This document shows positions 48,166 through 60,244 of a stretch of 64,000 nt of DNA, piece by piece. Both the position numbers and the translations under genes were made by a program. A model generated the notes under the pieces. That model had not been told where the DNA came from and did not search any database. It worked only from the letters and a program-made list of their open reading frames with translations. The number at the start of each line of letters is the position of its first letter. The stretch's first letter is position 1. Source of the stretch: Rhizodiscina lignyota (Eukaryota); contig ML978126.1 of assembly GCA_010015805.1 (NCBI GenBank), positions 1,054,001-1,118,000 on the forward strand, written 5' to 3'.

Positions 48166-50151
48166 TTAAATAATACGAACGTCTCTAGTGGTGATTCTAT
48201 CCCAATCAAGCGATTCATCATAAGTGCCAATCCCAACTCGTTGGAAGTTATTGCGATCAACTTCCTTGAGCAAAAGACCCTCTATTCTTTCGCTCTGTGC
48301 CCCAGAGAACAAGGGCAGCCAATAAAAATCTTGCGCGTTCGTCCACTCCATGCGCTCCTCCCAGGGAAAGTCTTCCCATACATCTGGTGCGATGGAACCA
48401 GGCGTCTCTGCTAGAGTCTTGTCTTGAACGAATATTGATGTACCGGGAATTCCTTGCTCCGGACAGATAGTGAACTCCAAAGCTCTTTCTCTCGTATGAC
48501 GCTCTTTAATAACAGCTGTGGGACGTATCGACACCGAAACCAGTGCACCTCGCAGAATGATATAACCGTCAACTACTTCTCCATACGGATCGACGCCCTT
48601 CGGCTGACACATTCCACTGATGTAAGAAGCGTAATACTTGATGTGATTAGTATTGACTGTAGAAGTTCTCTCGAGATTCGTAAAGCCGAGATACTGGACG
48701 GGTCCTGTAATAGAGGCCCAGGAGAACGACGGCGCGTTATATCCTGGAGCTCGCGAAGTCTTGCCCGAGTGATTGCGGAACCAGCCAAGCTCATATATCA
48801 GATGATCGGACCATAAACCCGCCAAATATCCCTTTCTACCGCGTTTTGAAGCCCACATTGACGCAAGACCAGATAAGGCGGGCAGCCTGTCAGACTCCTT
48901 AGTAAGGTGAGTTCTTGTATAACGCATTACAAACTGGGTCCATTGCTCTAAATCCCAGAAGCCCCTTTTCACTGGCTCCCAAGAAAAGAAGCGATTCCGA
49001 AACATGTCGCATTGGCATTTGAAGTCTTCCTGACACTCCCATACCATTTCATCCTTAGCATAGTGCAGGACTCTAGTTGACAGCAGTCGCTCTTGTAAAC
49101 ACCATCCTCTTAAAAGAGTATGGTATTTGTCTTTGATGATAGGGTTGTAGCTCTCCGTCAGGGTCGTCGTCCATATAGAGTGTTCAATAGACAGCGTCAC
49201 ATGGATGCCAGGATATGGTGATATGGAACCGCATCTTTCGTAGAAGAGGCCATCCGTCCCACTTGCACCAGACGTAGCACATATTGTGAGATATGCATTC
49301 TGGTAAATACGCCCCATTTGTGCAGCCTGCTCCTCCCAATCGCGTTTGTCATCTTGAACAATGCATAGAGCATCTATCCAGATATATCGAATGCCTAGCT
49401 TTTGAGTGGCAAGGATTGCGTCTTTGAAAGTTTGGCTCAGCAGATTCCATGGGATATTGCGCATCATTTTGTGCATGTTGCTCGATAAAGTCTTTAGCGG
49501 AGGTTGATGCTTTGACGGGTCTCCCCAGCAGTGGCTTAGAGCAATGTAATAGCGTTCGTCAAGTTGACTCGTACAGAGATTGATCGAGGTATTTCCGGGA
49601 GTTTCGCCGACGTTAATAACGCGTTTAGGCAGCGAGCATTTAGCAATCATACATCGCGGATGCAATCTGGTACAATCATCGATCCATCCACGCACCTCTT
49701 CGAATGCTTCGGGGGAATCAAGATTCTTCATAACAGTACCAGCATGGCCAATTTGGGGCCAGCTATCTTGATCATGTTCTATGGTCTGTCAGATGAGCGT
49801 AACAATCCGTATGGTTGCAAAAAGCATAGACCGAGACCTACCTTTGTCCTTGTATATATTGAGTCCACCGATCCTCAGAGCTGGAAAGGACGAAGTTTGG
49901 AGTAAAACAACACCAAAAACTTTCGTTTTGTTGGGCCAGTACCACTCGAGTTTAACATCGGCCTCGGGACACGAGAAATGAGTTTGGACAAAATATCGAG
50001 CACTATCGGCAAGGATGCCACATCCCGAACAGCCTTGCTGCTGACTAGCGGTTAAAGCTGGTATCGTGGCATGAAAATCCCGATACTTGTCGTCGACCAG
50101 GGGATCAAACTGGAGAAAGGCACAGAGCTTGCAACGTGCTTCCGCTGCCAT
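48166..50151 (-). CDS. HET-domain protein (TOL/HET-6-like)
   Basis: LPKRVINV, YIALSHCWG, YIWIDALCIVQDD, MGRIYQNAYLTI, RGWCLQERLLS, DRLPALSGLA and APSFSWASI. Intron at ~49779-49841. Confidence 0.92.
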
Positions 50152-50563
50152 CTTCGGAAAGAGTGTCGCATAGGGTCATAAGAAAGAAGTGTCTGAAACC
50201 CCTGCGAACCTTTCTGAGTTTCTCCAAGGCAAAGTCACCTCGGAGATCAAAGTTCGACAGGCATCCAGCCAGAATTACAGCTTGGTGGCGTCTGAATGCA
50301 TGTGCTATGACGGCGGCAATTTTCTGAGAATGCTCGGCGCAACTTCGGTTTATCATACAGTAGGGTATGTTGATGAATTATTTGATTAATGTACACATGT
50401 ACGACATGAAAGGAGCATGTCTTTCTTTCTTCAGCCTGAATTATAAGCGGCAAGATCCCCAAACGCCTGATTGTCTCGAGGACTCCGCTGATCCCCATTA
50501 AAAGGAATGGCTCCAAACGCTATGCAACAAGTCAAAATGTCGATCGCCAGACTCGACGGAACT

Positions 50564-51232
50564 CTACAGTGCCGCGACGGCCAAAGCGCCCAAACCAGCC
50601 AAGACTCCCATGACTGGTGCACCTGTCGCAATGGCGGCACCGCCAGTAGACGAAGTGCTGGCAGCGTTGGCAGCGCTCGAGGCAGCGCTTGAGGCAGCGC
50701 TCGAGGCCGAAGAAGCGGCAGAGCCCGCGGCACTGGTTGCGCTGGACGCCAGAGAACCCACGTCACTCGTGACGCTCCCGGCTCCGGAAGTGACAGTCGA
50801 GAAAACACCGCCGCCCACTGAGCTGACCTCCGTGAAGACGCTTCCGCCCTTGGATGTGACGATCGTAGCAAAGCTCTTGCCGTCGGAGACAACATCGCTG
50901 GTGATGGTGCTGAGTACTCCTCCAGCTCCTGAAGTAACCACAGTGGCGATTGACTCTGCGCCAGAGGTTACTGTGGAAATGGCGCCGCCAACAGCAGACG
51001 TGACATCGGTGGCAACCGACGCTGCGCCAGATGTTGCGGTTGAAATGGCACCGCCAACAGCAGATGTGACATCGGTGGCGACCGACTCTGCGCCAGAGGT
51101 TGCGGTTGAAATGGCACCGCCAATGGCCGATGTGGCGTCGCCAACTCCGGAAGTGACATCGTTCACGATAGAGCTGAGGTCCTGCGCGGAGACTGCGGCG
51201 ACGAGGATGGGAAGGATGAATTGGTAACGCAT
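50564..51232 (-). CDS. GPI-anchored Ser/Thr/Ala/Gly-rich cell-wall protein with 22-aa repeats
   Basis: Signal peptide MRYQFILPILVAAVSA, repeats of TSAxGGAISTATSGAxSVATDV, and a C-terminal omega-like STGGA plus hydrophobic tail. Confidence 0.88.
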   Translation of the reverse strand: MRYQFILPILVAAVSAQDLSSIVNDVTSGVGDATSAIGGAISTATSGAESVATDVTSAVGGAISTATSGAASVATDVTSAVGGAISTVTSGAESIATVVTSGAGGVLSTITSDVVSDGKSFATIVTSKGGSVFTEVSSVGGGVFSTVTSGAGSVTSDVGSLASSATSAAGSAASSASSAASSAASSAANAASTSSTGGAAIATGAPVMGVLAGLGALAVAAL

Positions 51233-52316
51233 TTTGGTGAGTTGATCAAAGGATTTTTCGCAGTTTAAACGAAAGTCGATGGCGTATTAATGACTCGGTT
51301 GTATGCGATGAAAAGGGGCGATGAGCTGTAACCCGGATTTGAGGGCTGAATTCGAGCGATGGGAAGATGAGAGTAGTAAAGAACTTTGACAGAGGAGACG
51401 ATAAACGACAAGTATATAGTACAAATGCGCAGCGACGTGCATGCTTTAAAGGGAAGAGATTGAAGTACGCGTACCTTGGCCACTCGCAATCTGTGGCACA
51501 AGCCTCCGTCCGCGCCATCCCGCAAAGGTGGACGTGCGTGCGCACAGCCCTCAGCCACGAGGGTGGGTCTATGTGTCTCCTGAGAGGCTGAGGCCGCGTG
51601 TGCGCGATTCATACCGCGAAAGTACTAGTTGGAGGCAAAGTGATCTCAAGACCGTCATAGTCTTGTGGCGCGGCGTTCCACGAGCTCGAGAGTCTCTTCT
51701 TCGCAGTTTTTATGCGTGATTCGGCTACGATAGCCGGAAGCTGGAGCAGCGGCTCGGGATTAAGAGTTACTAATTTTATTAACCTTGTAGCTGGAGAGAA
51801 TGCCGCAGATCATTACTCCTACAGCCGGCTCCTCAATTTTTGAAACTGCGCCTGGACATGGGAATTACTAGCAGTCCTCTATGTGACGACATAGCCCGCC
51901 GTTCCAAGGCACCTTACAACATCTCCCATCACATTCGCACGTTTGCATCCTTCATGTTCCCAGTAGTGCTTTTAAATGGTATCCCTGCACCACGAAGCGA
52001 CCTCCATGCTAAGAAAAGTCTAGAATACTTCAATTCAACACGGAGGAGCGTAGAGGCGCTAGAGCAATGGTACTGAGGCAGTCTCACAGATGGTGCGCGG
52101 ATGTCTGTGATAGCAAACCAATCGACGAGGTAAAAATATGATATTCCGATTCGTTCTCAAATGTTGGTGTTAAGACGAGCTCAAGCTGGTCTAGAATGGT
52201 ATATATGACTTTTGCAAACCAACCTTCGGGTTTTAGATTTGCCCCGGAATGTCCTTCCAACCGAGCGCCAATGAATGAGTAGTTATAAGAACGCCCCGAA
52301 GCCATTATGGGAAATA

Positions 52317-53795
52317 TCACGATGACGGTCCCGCTTCTCCCTGCGCTTGCGATGCTGGTGCAGACGAAGGCTCTGCATCTTGAGCCACGGTCCTGTTGAA
52401 TGCTTCGATCGAGTCTACCGAGACTTTGACAGCTCCTGCTTGAACAAGCTATAGAGTAAAGATTAGCTTATGATCTTGAAAGCAATCAATAGAGAAGAAA
52501 CTTACAGCCCTCTGCAAATCATCAATCAGATCATCGACATCTTCAATCCCCACGCACAACCGGATAATGTCTTCGGGCAACTCCCTCTCCGCCCTTGTCT
52601 TCGCATCGATGCTCGCATGACTCATGCGGCACGGCATGCTAATGAGGCTGTTCACGCATCCAAACGACACACTGATACCCCACAATCGCGCGCTTTCGAC
52701 AATTCGCTCCGATAACGCAGTATCCCCAGTCTCGAAGCTCAGTACAGCTCCTGCACCACGCGCCTGGCTCCAATGAAGATCGTATTGTGGATGTGAGCGG
52801 AGTCCTGGGTACCGCACTTTGAAGCCGAGGGATTCCAGAAATTCGGCGATGCGCTGCGCATTCGCCTGCTGCTTCTCCATGCGCACTCCTAGAGTCTTGA
52901 TGCCCCGGAGCAGCAGCCATGAGTCGAATGGCGAGAGACCACAACCCGATGCGTTGATTGTGAAGAATAGTTTGTCGCCCAGGGCTGGGTCGTTGACTGC
53001 GAGCACTCCGGCCATCAGGTCGTGGTGGCCCGAGAGGTATTTTGTGCCGCTCTCGTAGACGATGTCGGCGCCGAGGTCGAGAGGGTTTTGTAGGAGGGGG
53101 GAGAGCATGGTGTTGTCTACTGCGACAACGGCCCCCGGGTTTGCGGCGTGTGTATGAGTGGCGATGGCCTGAAGATCGACAATTTTGATGAGCGGGTTTG
53201 TGGGAGTCTCCAGCAGTACCATCGCCGTCTTGCTGTTTAACACCTTCGTCACGTTCTCTGCCTTTGTAGTATCTACGTGGTGCACGACAATGCCGCCATG
53301 TGTAGAAAGGTATTTGAGGAGACGGTTTGTGCCACCGTACAGGTCGTCGCCAGTAATGACTTCATCGCCTGGCCGGAGGATGCGCGTGATTACGTCGAGT
53401 GCACCCATGCCGGACGACACAACCAGTGCTCGTCGAGCAGACATGATTTTTGCGAGATGGCGTTCGAGGTGGGTGCGTGTGGGATTTCCGGAACGTGTGT
53501 AGTCATACTCGCCTTGACCAGACGCACTCGTCTTGAAGGTTGCAGACTAGAGAAGCGCAGTCAGCCTTGAATTCACCTTTCAACATCATCCGAAGGCACG
53601 ACTGACCTGGTATATTGGCACGCTACTCGCATTGTACTGGTCGTTGCTCTCCGTATAGACCAGTTCGGTGGCCAAAGCGTACCTCCGGCCATTGTGAGGA
53701 CTGGAGGTGGCGGGCGAGGGAGGAAGGTCATGGCCATCTATATCGAGGTTTTGGAAGGCCTTCCCCATCCCGCTGACCTTCTTGTTGAAAGACAT
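52317..53795 (-). CDS. STR3: Cystathionine beta-lyase (Str3/MetG ortholog)
   Basis: DQYNASSVPIYQ/SATFKT..YDYTRSGNPTR, LLETPTNP, VDNTM, PLP lysine in ESGTKYLSGHHD, and SVSFGCVNSLISMPC. Three exons. Confidence 0.94.
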
Positions 53796-54448
53796 TATGG
53801 TCGGATGTGGGAGAGAGGGAGTCCTGTGAGTGCTGACTCCTCAGTTGAAGCACAATCGAAGAACTAGCGATGGTGCGGGACGCAAGGTTGGAAAGGCTAA
53901 AGAGGTTGCTGTTAGGAAGAAGATTCGATCAGTGTGCGAAGGCGGTCAATATTAATAGAGAGCTGAGGTGTGGTGTTCTGTTCTGCAGGTACGGGTTCAT
54001 GACTGGGATTTCGTCTCTTTGCTGGCTCCGATGGCGGGGAGAGGCCGACGATTGCGCCATTCGCTATCCTTGCTCACAGTCTCACTTCGGCACTTCCACA
54101 CTGGACATCGACATACAAAAAGTTGAGCCCGACGAACACAAACGACGTTTACTCTTCAATAAAAGCGAGAGCATCTCCGAAGGCCCCATTTAATATGCTT
54201 TGGGTGTTGTTTGTTAAGAATGCACAGCTTTGATGCACATATGCTACATTAGCTGAAGGCTGAAGATGATATGCGCATGTCTAGACTTAATCCTCAGTTT
54301 CATACTCGTTCCTTATATATTATTTTTCCTAATTTTTTTCTGCTGTGATCATTAATTCGCTAACTCCCAAGGCTGTTGAGGAGTTTGCATAGAATGGAAT
54401 TCAAAAGCCAAAGACCTCTCTCAAAAAGCCGCAAAGAAACATCGTGCC

Positions 54449-55168
54449 TCATGCCTTCAGTGCAAGAACGTCTTCAATACCAACCACATCCACGAATCGT
54501 GGCAAGACCTTCTGAAGCAAGAAATCGTTGATCTCCGGCTCATCGTCCATCACACCTTCCTTTGGAATGATAACATGAAAGTCCAAGTCAGCAGCCAGTC
54601 TCGCTCCACCCAAGATCGAGCCGATAGTAGTCAGTCCGACGAGTACCACATGCTTCACGTCCCGTGCCCTGAGGTAGGCCAACAGATCGCTTGAGCTGAG
54701 GCTTCCCGGCTGAATCTTTGGAAGAATGATCTCGTCCTTATGGCCCCAGCCTTCTGGAGGAACGAGCTCAGCGGGGACAGCGTAGTTTGGCTTGTTAGGA
54801 TCCGTCTTTGAGGCGTCAGAGAAGAACCCTTTCTTTTCGAGTTCCACCGCCCAGGATGCGAGCTTGTTGTATGGAGAGATGAATGCGTTTTGGTTGATGC
54901 CGAATGGAAGGACGTGATGGATGATCAGAGGTGCGTTTTGATACATGTTCTTTGCTGATGGCTCCGTGGGATTGTTTCGACATTCTGAAGAGGCATTGCG
55001 GAAAAACGCCAGGAGCCCTTTGATCTGTTCGAGGTAGGCCTTTTGCACTTCGGGAGAGAAGCGTGCTATAATTTGCGATTGTACGTCGGAGATAAGGAGG
55101 GCAGTGCGCGAGAGGTCGACGGGGACATAGAATGACGAAGAACCGGAAGAGGATGCTTGTGGAACCAT
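54449..55168 (-). CDS. Isochorismatase-like (cysteine hydrolase fold) protein
   Basis: TALLISDVQ, DEIILPK, LLAYLRARDVKHVVLVGLTTIGSI..ARLAADLDFHVII..VMDD. Confidence 0.85.
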   Translation of the reverse strand: MVPQASSSGSSSFYVPVDLSRTALLISDVQSQIIARFSPEVQKAYLEQIKGLLAFFRNASSECRNNPTEPSAKNMYQNAPLIIHHVLPFGINQNAFISPYNKLASWAVELEKKGFFSDASKTDPNKPNYAVPAELVPPEGWGHKDEIILPKIQPGSLSSSDLLAYLRARDVKHVVLVGLTTIGSILGGARLAADLDFHVIIPKEGVMDDEPEINDFLLQKVLPRFVDVVGIEDVLALKA

Positions 55169-55828
55169 ATTTACGTGCTTGTATAACTCTCGAGAACCAA
55201 TGGATATTTATATGTTGGGGAGAGATTTTATAGAGACAAGTCATGTTGACAAAGCCAGGGGTGACTGCGTTTAACCTTCAGTTGTGTTCGAATTGACTGA
55301 TGAATCATACGTCTGATATCCAGGAAATTCTCATGTACTTATACCTTCTTTAGCATTTCCATTGACGACATCTGAGGTTGATGTCGACGATTATTGAGAC
55401 AGCTGCAAAGTTCACGATACAACTACATGTAGGCACTAAAGACGATCGGCGTTAACACGACTGGCTGATTTAAGAGCATACTTCGAGGTTACGATGAAGA
55501 ACCGAAAGGATAGTACTACGGTCGGTCCTTACACATCCTGACACATTGTTTACTGGAGAAAACAGATCGGACTTCGACGATGTCTTGTTTCAATTGAAGT
55601 TTGAACTGACGTGTTCGTGGTGAGTAAGCCAACATCGTACGCAAACGGTCTAGCGCAAGCCACAGCAGCGCGGTCTCTCTCTAAACGCCGACGAGTCACA
55701 CACATAAAATGGGTATACACATTGCAGTCATTAACGGGTTCAAATCGCCTAAACACCTAAAGACTCCTTTCTCCGCGGTCGAATATGTCCCTGAAAGCCA
55801 TTTGGAACGCGGACATGACCGAACGCCA

Positions 55829-56340
55829 TCAATCTGTTCTCCAAGCAGAATCGTAGACATTGCCACGCGGCCCAGGCCAACCGTTTACCGGCCTGCTTGG
55901 CCTTGGGAAGAAAATGAAGATGTAAAGGAAGAACAAGACGATGCATGTGGCGAATACCGCCCTAGCGAAGTTCTCCATATGCGACCCGCTCCCGCTCTGC
56001 CGTCGATAGCTATTCGGCATTGTGCCGTAGTCGCGATGCAGCCCGGAGACGGGGTAGCCTGGCGGATATGGGTACTGTACGTTCAGTCAACTTCGTCGAT
56101 GCCAGAGACAGATGACCTTACATTCGGATCATGATGATGATGGTGGTGGTGATGATGGTGATTATCTTGATCATGGTGCCCATGATTCTCGTGGTCGTGG
56201 CCATGATGGCTGTGGTCTTGATGTCCATGATCGAAGTGGCTGTAGCTGTGGCTGTAGTCGAACGCGCCGTAGGAGTCGGAGTGCGAAGACGTAGACACGT
56301 CTGCAGCAGCCGTATGGCCTCCACCGTGATCTGTTGCCAT
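55829..56340 (-). CDS. Small His-rich protein with one C-terminal transmembrane helix (about 154 aa)
   Basis: Exon 1 (56122-56340) is His-rich and includes H10. A 47-nt intron (56075-56121, GTAAGG..TACAG) joins it in frame to YPYPPGYP...AVFATCIVLFFLYIFIFF... Confidence 0.65.
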
Positions 56341-57015
56341 TTTGGACCGAGAGAAGTATGTACAAAGCTCTTTTACTTTATTAAAATCATCCTTATAGAC
56401 TCAAAGTTAGATCTGGTTGCTTTTTGAAGAAGCAGACGTCGGCGACGCCCGACATGGCGCGGGTCATCCTTTGGAATCCTGCTTTGCTGCACGACGGAGT
56501 ACGGAATACGATACGGAGTACTGCGCCTCGATCACAGCGCTCCGATTTGCCAGTTTCATGCAACTGTGAAACATTCTGTTAATGGTATGGCCACGCGAGC
56601 AGCACTGGGAATTTCTCTCAATTTTGGTTTTCTTGGTTCTGTTGTTCAACTTGCAGCGATTGAATTAAGTCTGTGACCATTTTTCGGCTTTTACAATGCG
56701 TTTACGATATTTTATTGTGACGATAAATGAACATGCCGCGCTGAGAGCTCTTGATTGCTAACGTTGATCTTCCGCAACCCTCTCAGTGTAGCCAGAAGTC
56801 CTGACAAAGAGTTGTGTCACTTTCTCTCACTCGCAGCCAAGTGCTCTTAATCTCGCCTCGAAACACATCTTCTCGCAAACGGAACGCCACATTTTTTCGA
56901 GCCGTGCTGGATCTATCTAAGCTCTCCGCAGTGCCATCATGTCAGGGGTTATTGATGCTTGAGGTATCCATTTTCGACATCGGAGTGGTAGTCCGGGTTC
57001 CTCCCAGAACGAGGT

Positions 57016-57456
57016 TCACAGAGGACCGCCGGGACCATTGCCGACGATTCCGGTGGATATCACCAACGGTGTTATAATACAATCAAACACAGTGGCAAGA
57101 TCGGTGACAGATCCTCGACCATAGACGTGATGTACCTCCGTCCTCCGCATTAGTCCTCCTTCACCGCAAGGATCGATAGACGGCGGGCTCGTCGTCAGTA
57201 GTGGAGGCGTATCGCTGTGCACTGGATTGCCAAGTAACACTGTTGAGATTGTACTTGATGCTTGAGATGTTGCAGCACTTTCAGTCGTCTGTTCGGCTGG
57301 CACTGTTGGCGTCGAAGATGGTGCTGCTGATGTTGCAGTAACTGTCGAGACCGTCCATGACAAGTGGGAGAAGATGGAGACCAGTGTTGTGGACGATTCA
57401 TCGGCACCTGCAACAAGGCCGGTGCTGCAGACTAGGAGAAGGATCGGAACGAGCAT
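57016..57456 (-). CDS. Small secreted Ser/Thr-rich protein
   Basis: Signal-like MLVPILLLVCSTGLVAG followed by an S/T/P-rich stalk. 146 aa. Confidence 0.55.
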   Translation of the reverse strand: MLVPILLLVCSTGLVAGADESSTTLVSIFSHLSWTVSTVTATSAAPSSTPTVPAEQTTESAATSQASSTISTVLLGNPVHSDTPPLLTTSPPSIDPCGEGGLMRRTEVHHVYGRGSVTDLATVFDCIITPLVISTGIVGNGPGGPL

Positions 57457-58003
57457 CGTTGTAGAGAGATGGTCCAGTATCTACCAGAAAGAGAAGGTTG
57501 GGATCAGGGTTTTTGCATTCCGGCTGTTCAAAGGAACAGGGACAACGACAAAGTTTGGATGTGAGTAAAGATAAAAGGTTATCGCTTTTATAATTCAGGT
57601 TCCATCGTGATAGCGTCATAGCGGAGGCACCATGAATGCGGCGCTCCGCGGATTCAATTTCGGAGCAGATGGGGCGTCAGCGCCCAGTCCAGTAAACACA
57701 GCAAGAGCAATTTCTGCACTGTCTGTTGTACGCTGACGTTCAACACACCTAGCGGTGAAGCAAGCTTTGTCGTAGCTTAGGAGCCCCATAATCCAATGCC
57801 GTAAACTGTTTTCGATATATGGCACGACGGCCTTGAATTCTCAGGACTTTTACGGCTCCAGCCAGCATCGAAGTAGAATCGTGTAGCAGTCTCTTCGGTT
57901 TGGCATGTTCGCTCATCATTGCCAATCTCTTTCTGCTTCTCTTCAAGCATGAGCAAAAGCCACTGCGGTTCAAGAGAAGTCTGTGATCGCTCTACCACAG
58001 TCT

Positions 58004-59841
58004 TCAGGAATACAAACCAGCCAAACCCTGCACTATCCTTACCAGAGCTGGCACACTGCTCAAGCCCACAGTAATCGCGCCAAACAGCCCCATACTCAAA
58101 CTACTAAACGCTGCCGCCCTCGGATCCGTTGTCAACAGCAGTGCTGTTGCGATCGCACTCGAATTGCCGCCCATAGTCACACCCCTGGTGATGTAGTCGT
58201 CTTCAGGAATTCTCAGCCACGTCAGTAGCTGTGGTCCAATGATAACGCCCAGAATGCCTGATCCTAAAGCAATGACGGCCACGAGGCTGAGGTCGCCGCT
58301 GAGATTTTGTGTCGCCGGCTGTGCGAGTGCTAGAGTGAGGGAACGGGAGGGGAAAGATAGAGCGCGGGTTGGCTCGATGGATATGGCGTGGCATAGAGGT
58401 GGGTAGCCGAAGAGAGATGCGAGAGAGATTGCGCAGGTTGGGATGATGATGGGAAAGAACTATGAGATGGTAAGCTTTGTGTATGAGCAAGAAGAAAGGA
58501 GTGGTCACATACCGATCGTTTCAGCTCCGCACGATATTGATACATTGGTAATGCAAGCGAAATAATGCTCACGTCCAGGACGCTGCTGAGGAAATCACCG
58601 GCACCTGGCTTGGGGTTGGTGACACCTTGGAACATCTGGATGTACCGGGTATTCGTCCTGTATGCGCGGAGACCGTCACCAAATGTCTGGCCGTGAATCA
58701 GCGCCATGATGTAGATCGCTATCATGATGATTGGTGAGGCTACGAGAACTGGATGGAAGTATCGCCTCCATCTCGGTGGGACCGTCAACGCCGTAAAGTA
58801 AGCCAAGATCGTTAAGGAGAGTTGAGCTGGCATGGCATAGTTGGCCGCATAGTACACGGGGTTGCCGATAAAGACGAATAGTGTGCTGTAGACGAGCCAG
58901 TCAAGATATGTGTTAATCCAGGCGGCCCATAGTTGAGCGCGGCTTAGAGGCACAGGATTCTGTCGTAGCACGGCAGGTGGATGAACAGCAGCCGGGTCTG
59001 GAAGAGCTTCAGCGGGTGGTTCGCCAGCACCTGTAACTCGATTGGGATCATGCGTTGGAGATGGTACCACGAGATCCTCTTCTGGTACAACTGGAGATAA
59101 TGTTTCTAATGAAGTTCCTTCCGATGAGCCCAGCAGAGCGCCGTTGCTCAAAGTTCCCAGCTCTTGCTCTTTACCTCCAGCTCCCAGCTCCTCGGCCCTC
59201 TCGGCCATGGCGCGCTTCGGAGTTCCCAGAATGAACATCAGTCCACGTGTGATATATGCTGTGATTGTAAAAACTACAACATATCCAACAACTACGTTCA
59301 TGTCAACTTCAAGCTCTAACCATAGCAGGAGTATACATACTAAAGAGTCCCAATAGCTTCGCAACTTCTACTCCTCCAATTGCCGAGCCCAGTGGAATCA
59401 GGACGAATGCTGGACAAAAGAGTACATTGATGTATCGGAGCGAAAAGTTACCCTACGAATATTTAGTACGCGCCATCCCAGGTGGGAGATTAAGACTTAC
59501 TGGAATCTCAATCAATCGCACTATTTGTCTTGTCCGCTTGTCTCCCAGGATCGCGTTGCAGGCGAGAAGACCGAAAAAGAGCAAGATCATGCAAGCCACT
59601 GATGCTGGAAATGATACATGGCTAACCGCAATGGCCGAATTGACGCCATAGCAGGCTAAGAGAAGGAGCAGAAGACCAATCGGGGTGTAGATCCAGGAAA
59701 CCAGAAGTCGAGGCCACGAGAGGCGCGCTACCTGCTCCGCGTTAGCAATTCAATATTATTGATCTGGGGTTGAAGCCATATTACGAGAGTAGTAGCATCA
59801 AGAGCATCTTTCAAGATGCTCTGACTCTGTGTGATTATCAT
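58004..59841 (-). CDS. LrgA/LrgB (CidAB)-fusion membrane protein, PLGG1-like
   Basis: SFPASVACMILLFFGL (LrgA-like), FSLRYINVLFCPAFVLIP, PGAGDFLSSVLDVSIISLALPMYQYR and DYITRGVTMGGNSSAIATALLL (LrgB-like). Several introns. Start codon inferred. Confidence 0.85.
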
Positions 59842-60244
59842 CGGGAATATGTAGAAGAGAGAAAAGTTTCAAGCTTGATTCTACATGGGAGATTGATAGC
59901 CCTTTTATGGGCATCAAAGTATCCATATTAAACCTTACCAACTATTCCTCATTCACAGAAAGCGATAAATGACTCAGCGCACTGAAGTATACACGGCCCG
60001 AGAATAATGTCAATCCTGTCGTCCGCACAAAGATACTCCGAACATTGAGGCGGCGCATTGACCTCCCCCGATCTTTGACCGAGTCAAATTCGTTCTGCCC
60101 GCAACTCTTCCGAACTTATACACTTCTTGAATCCAACATCGTGACGATCATATTCGTTTTGAGGCGCTTCTTGGATACGGCCGAAAGGATGAAGGCTTCG
60201 TACGCTCAACAAATTTGAAGAGCCTCAGTTCAATTGGCGTCATC

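Noticed and set aside
50610..51227. 205-aa plus-strand repetitive ORF
   Set aside because: Antisense mirror of the GPI-protein repeats. The minus strand carries the signal peptide and GPI tail.
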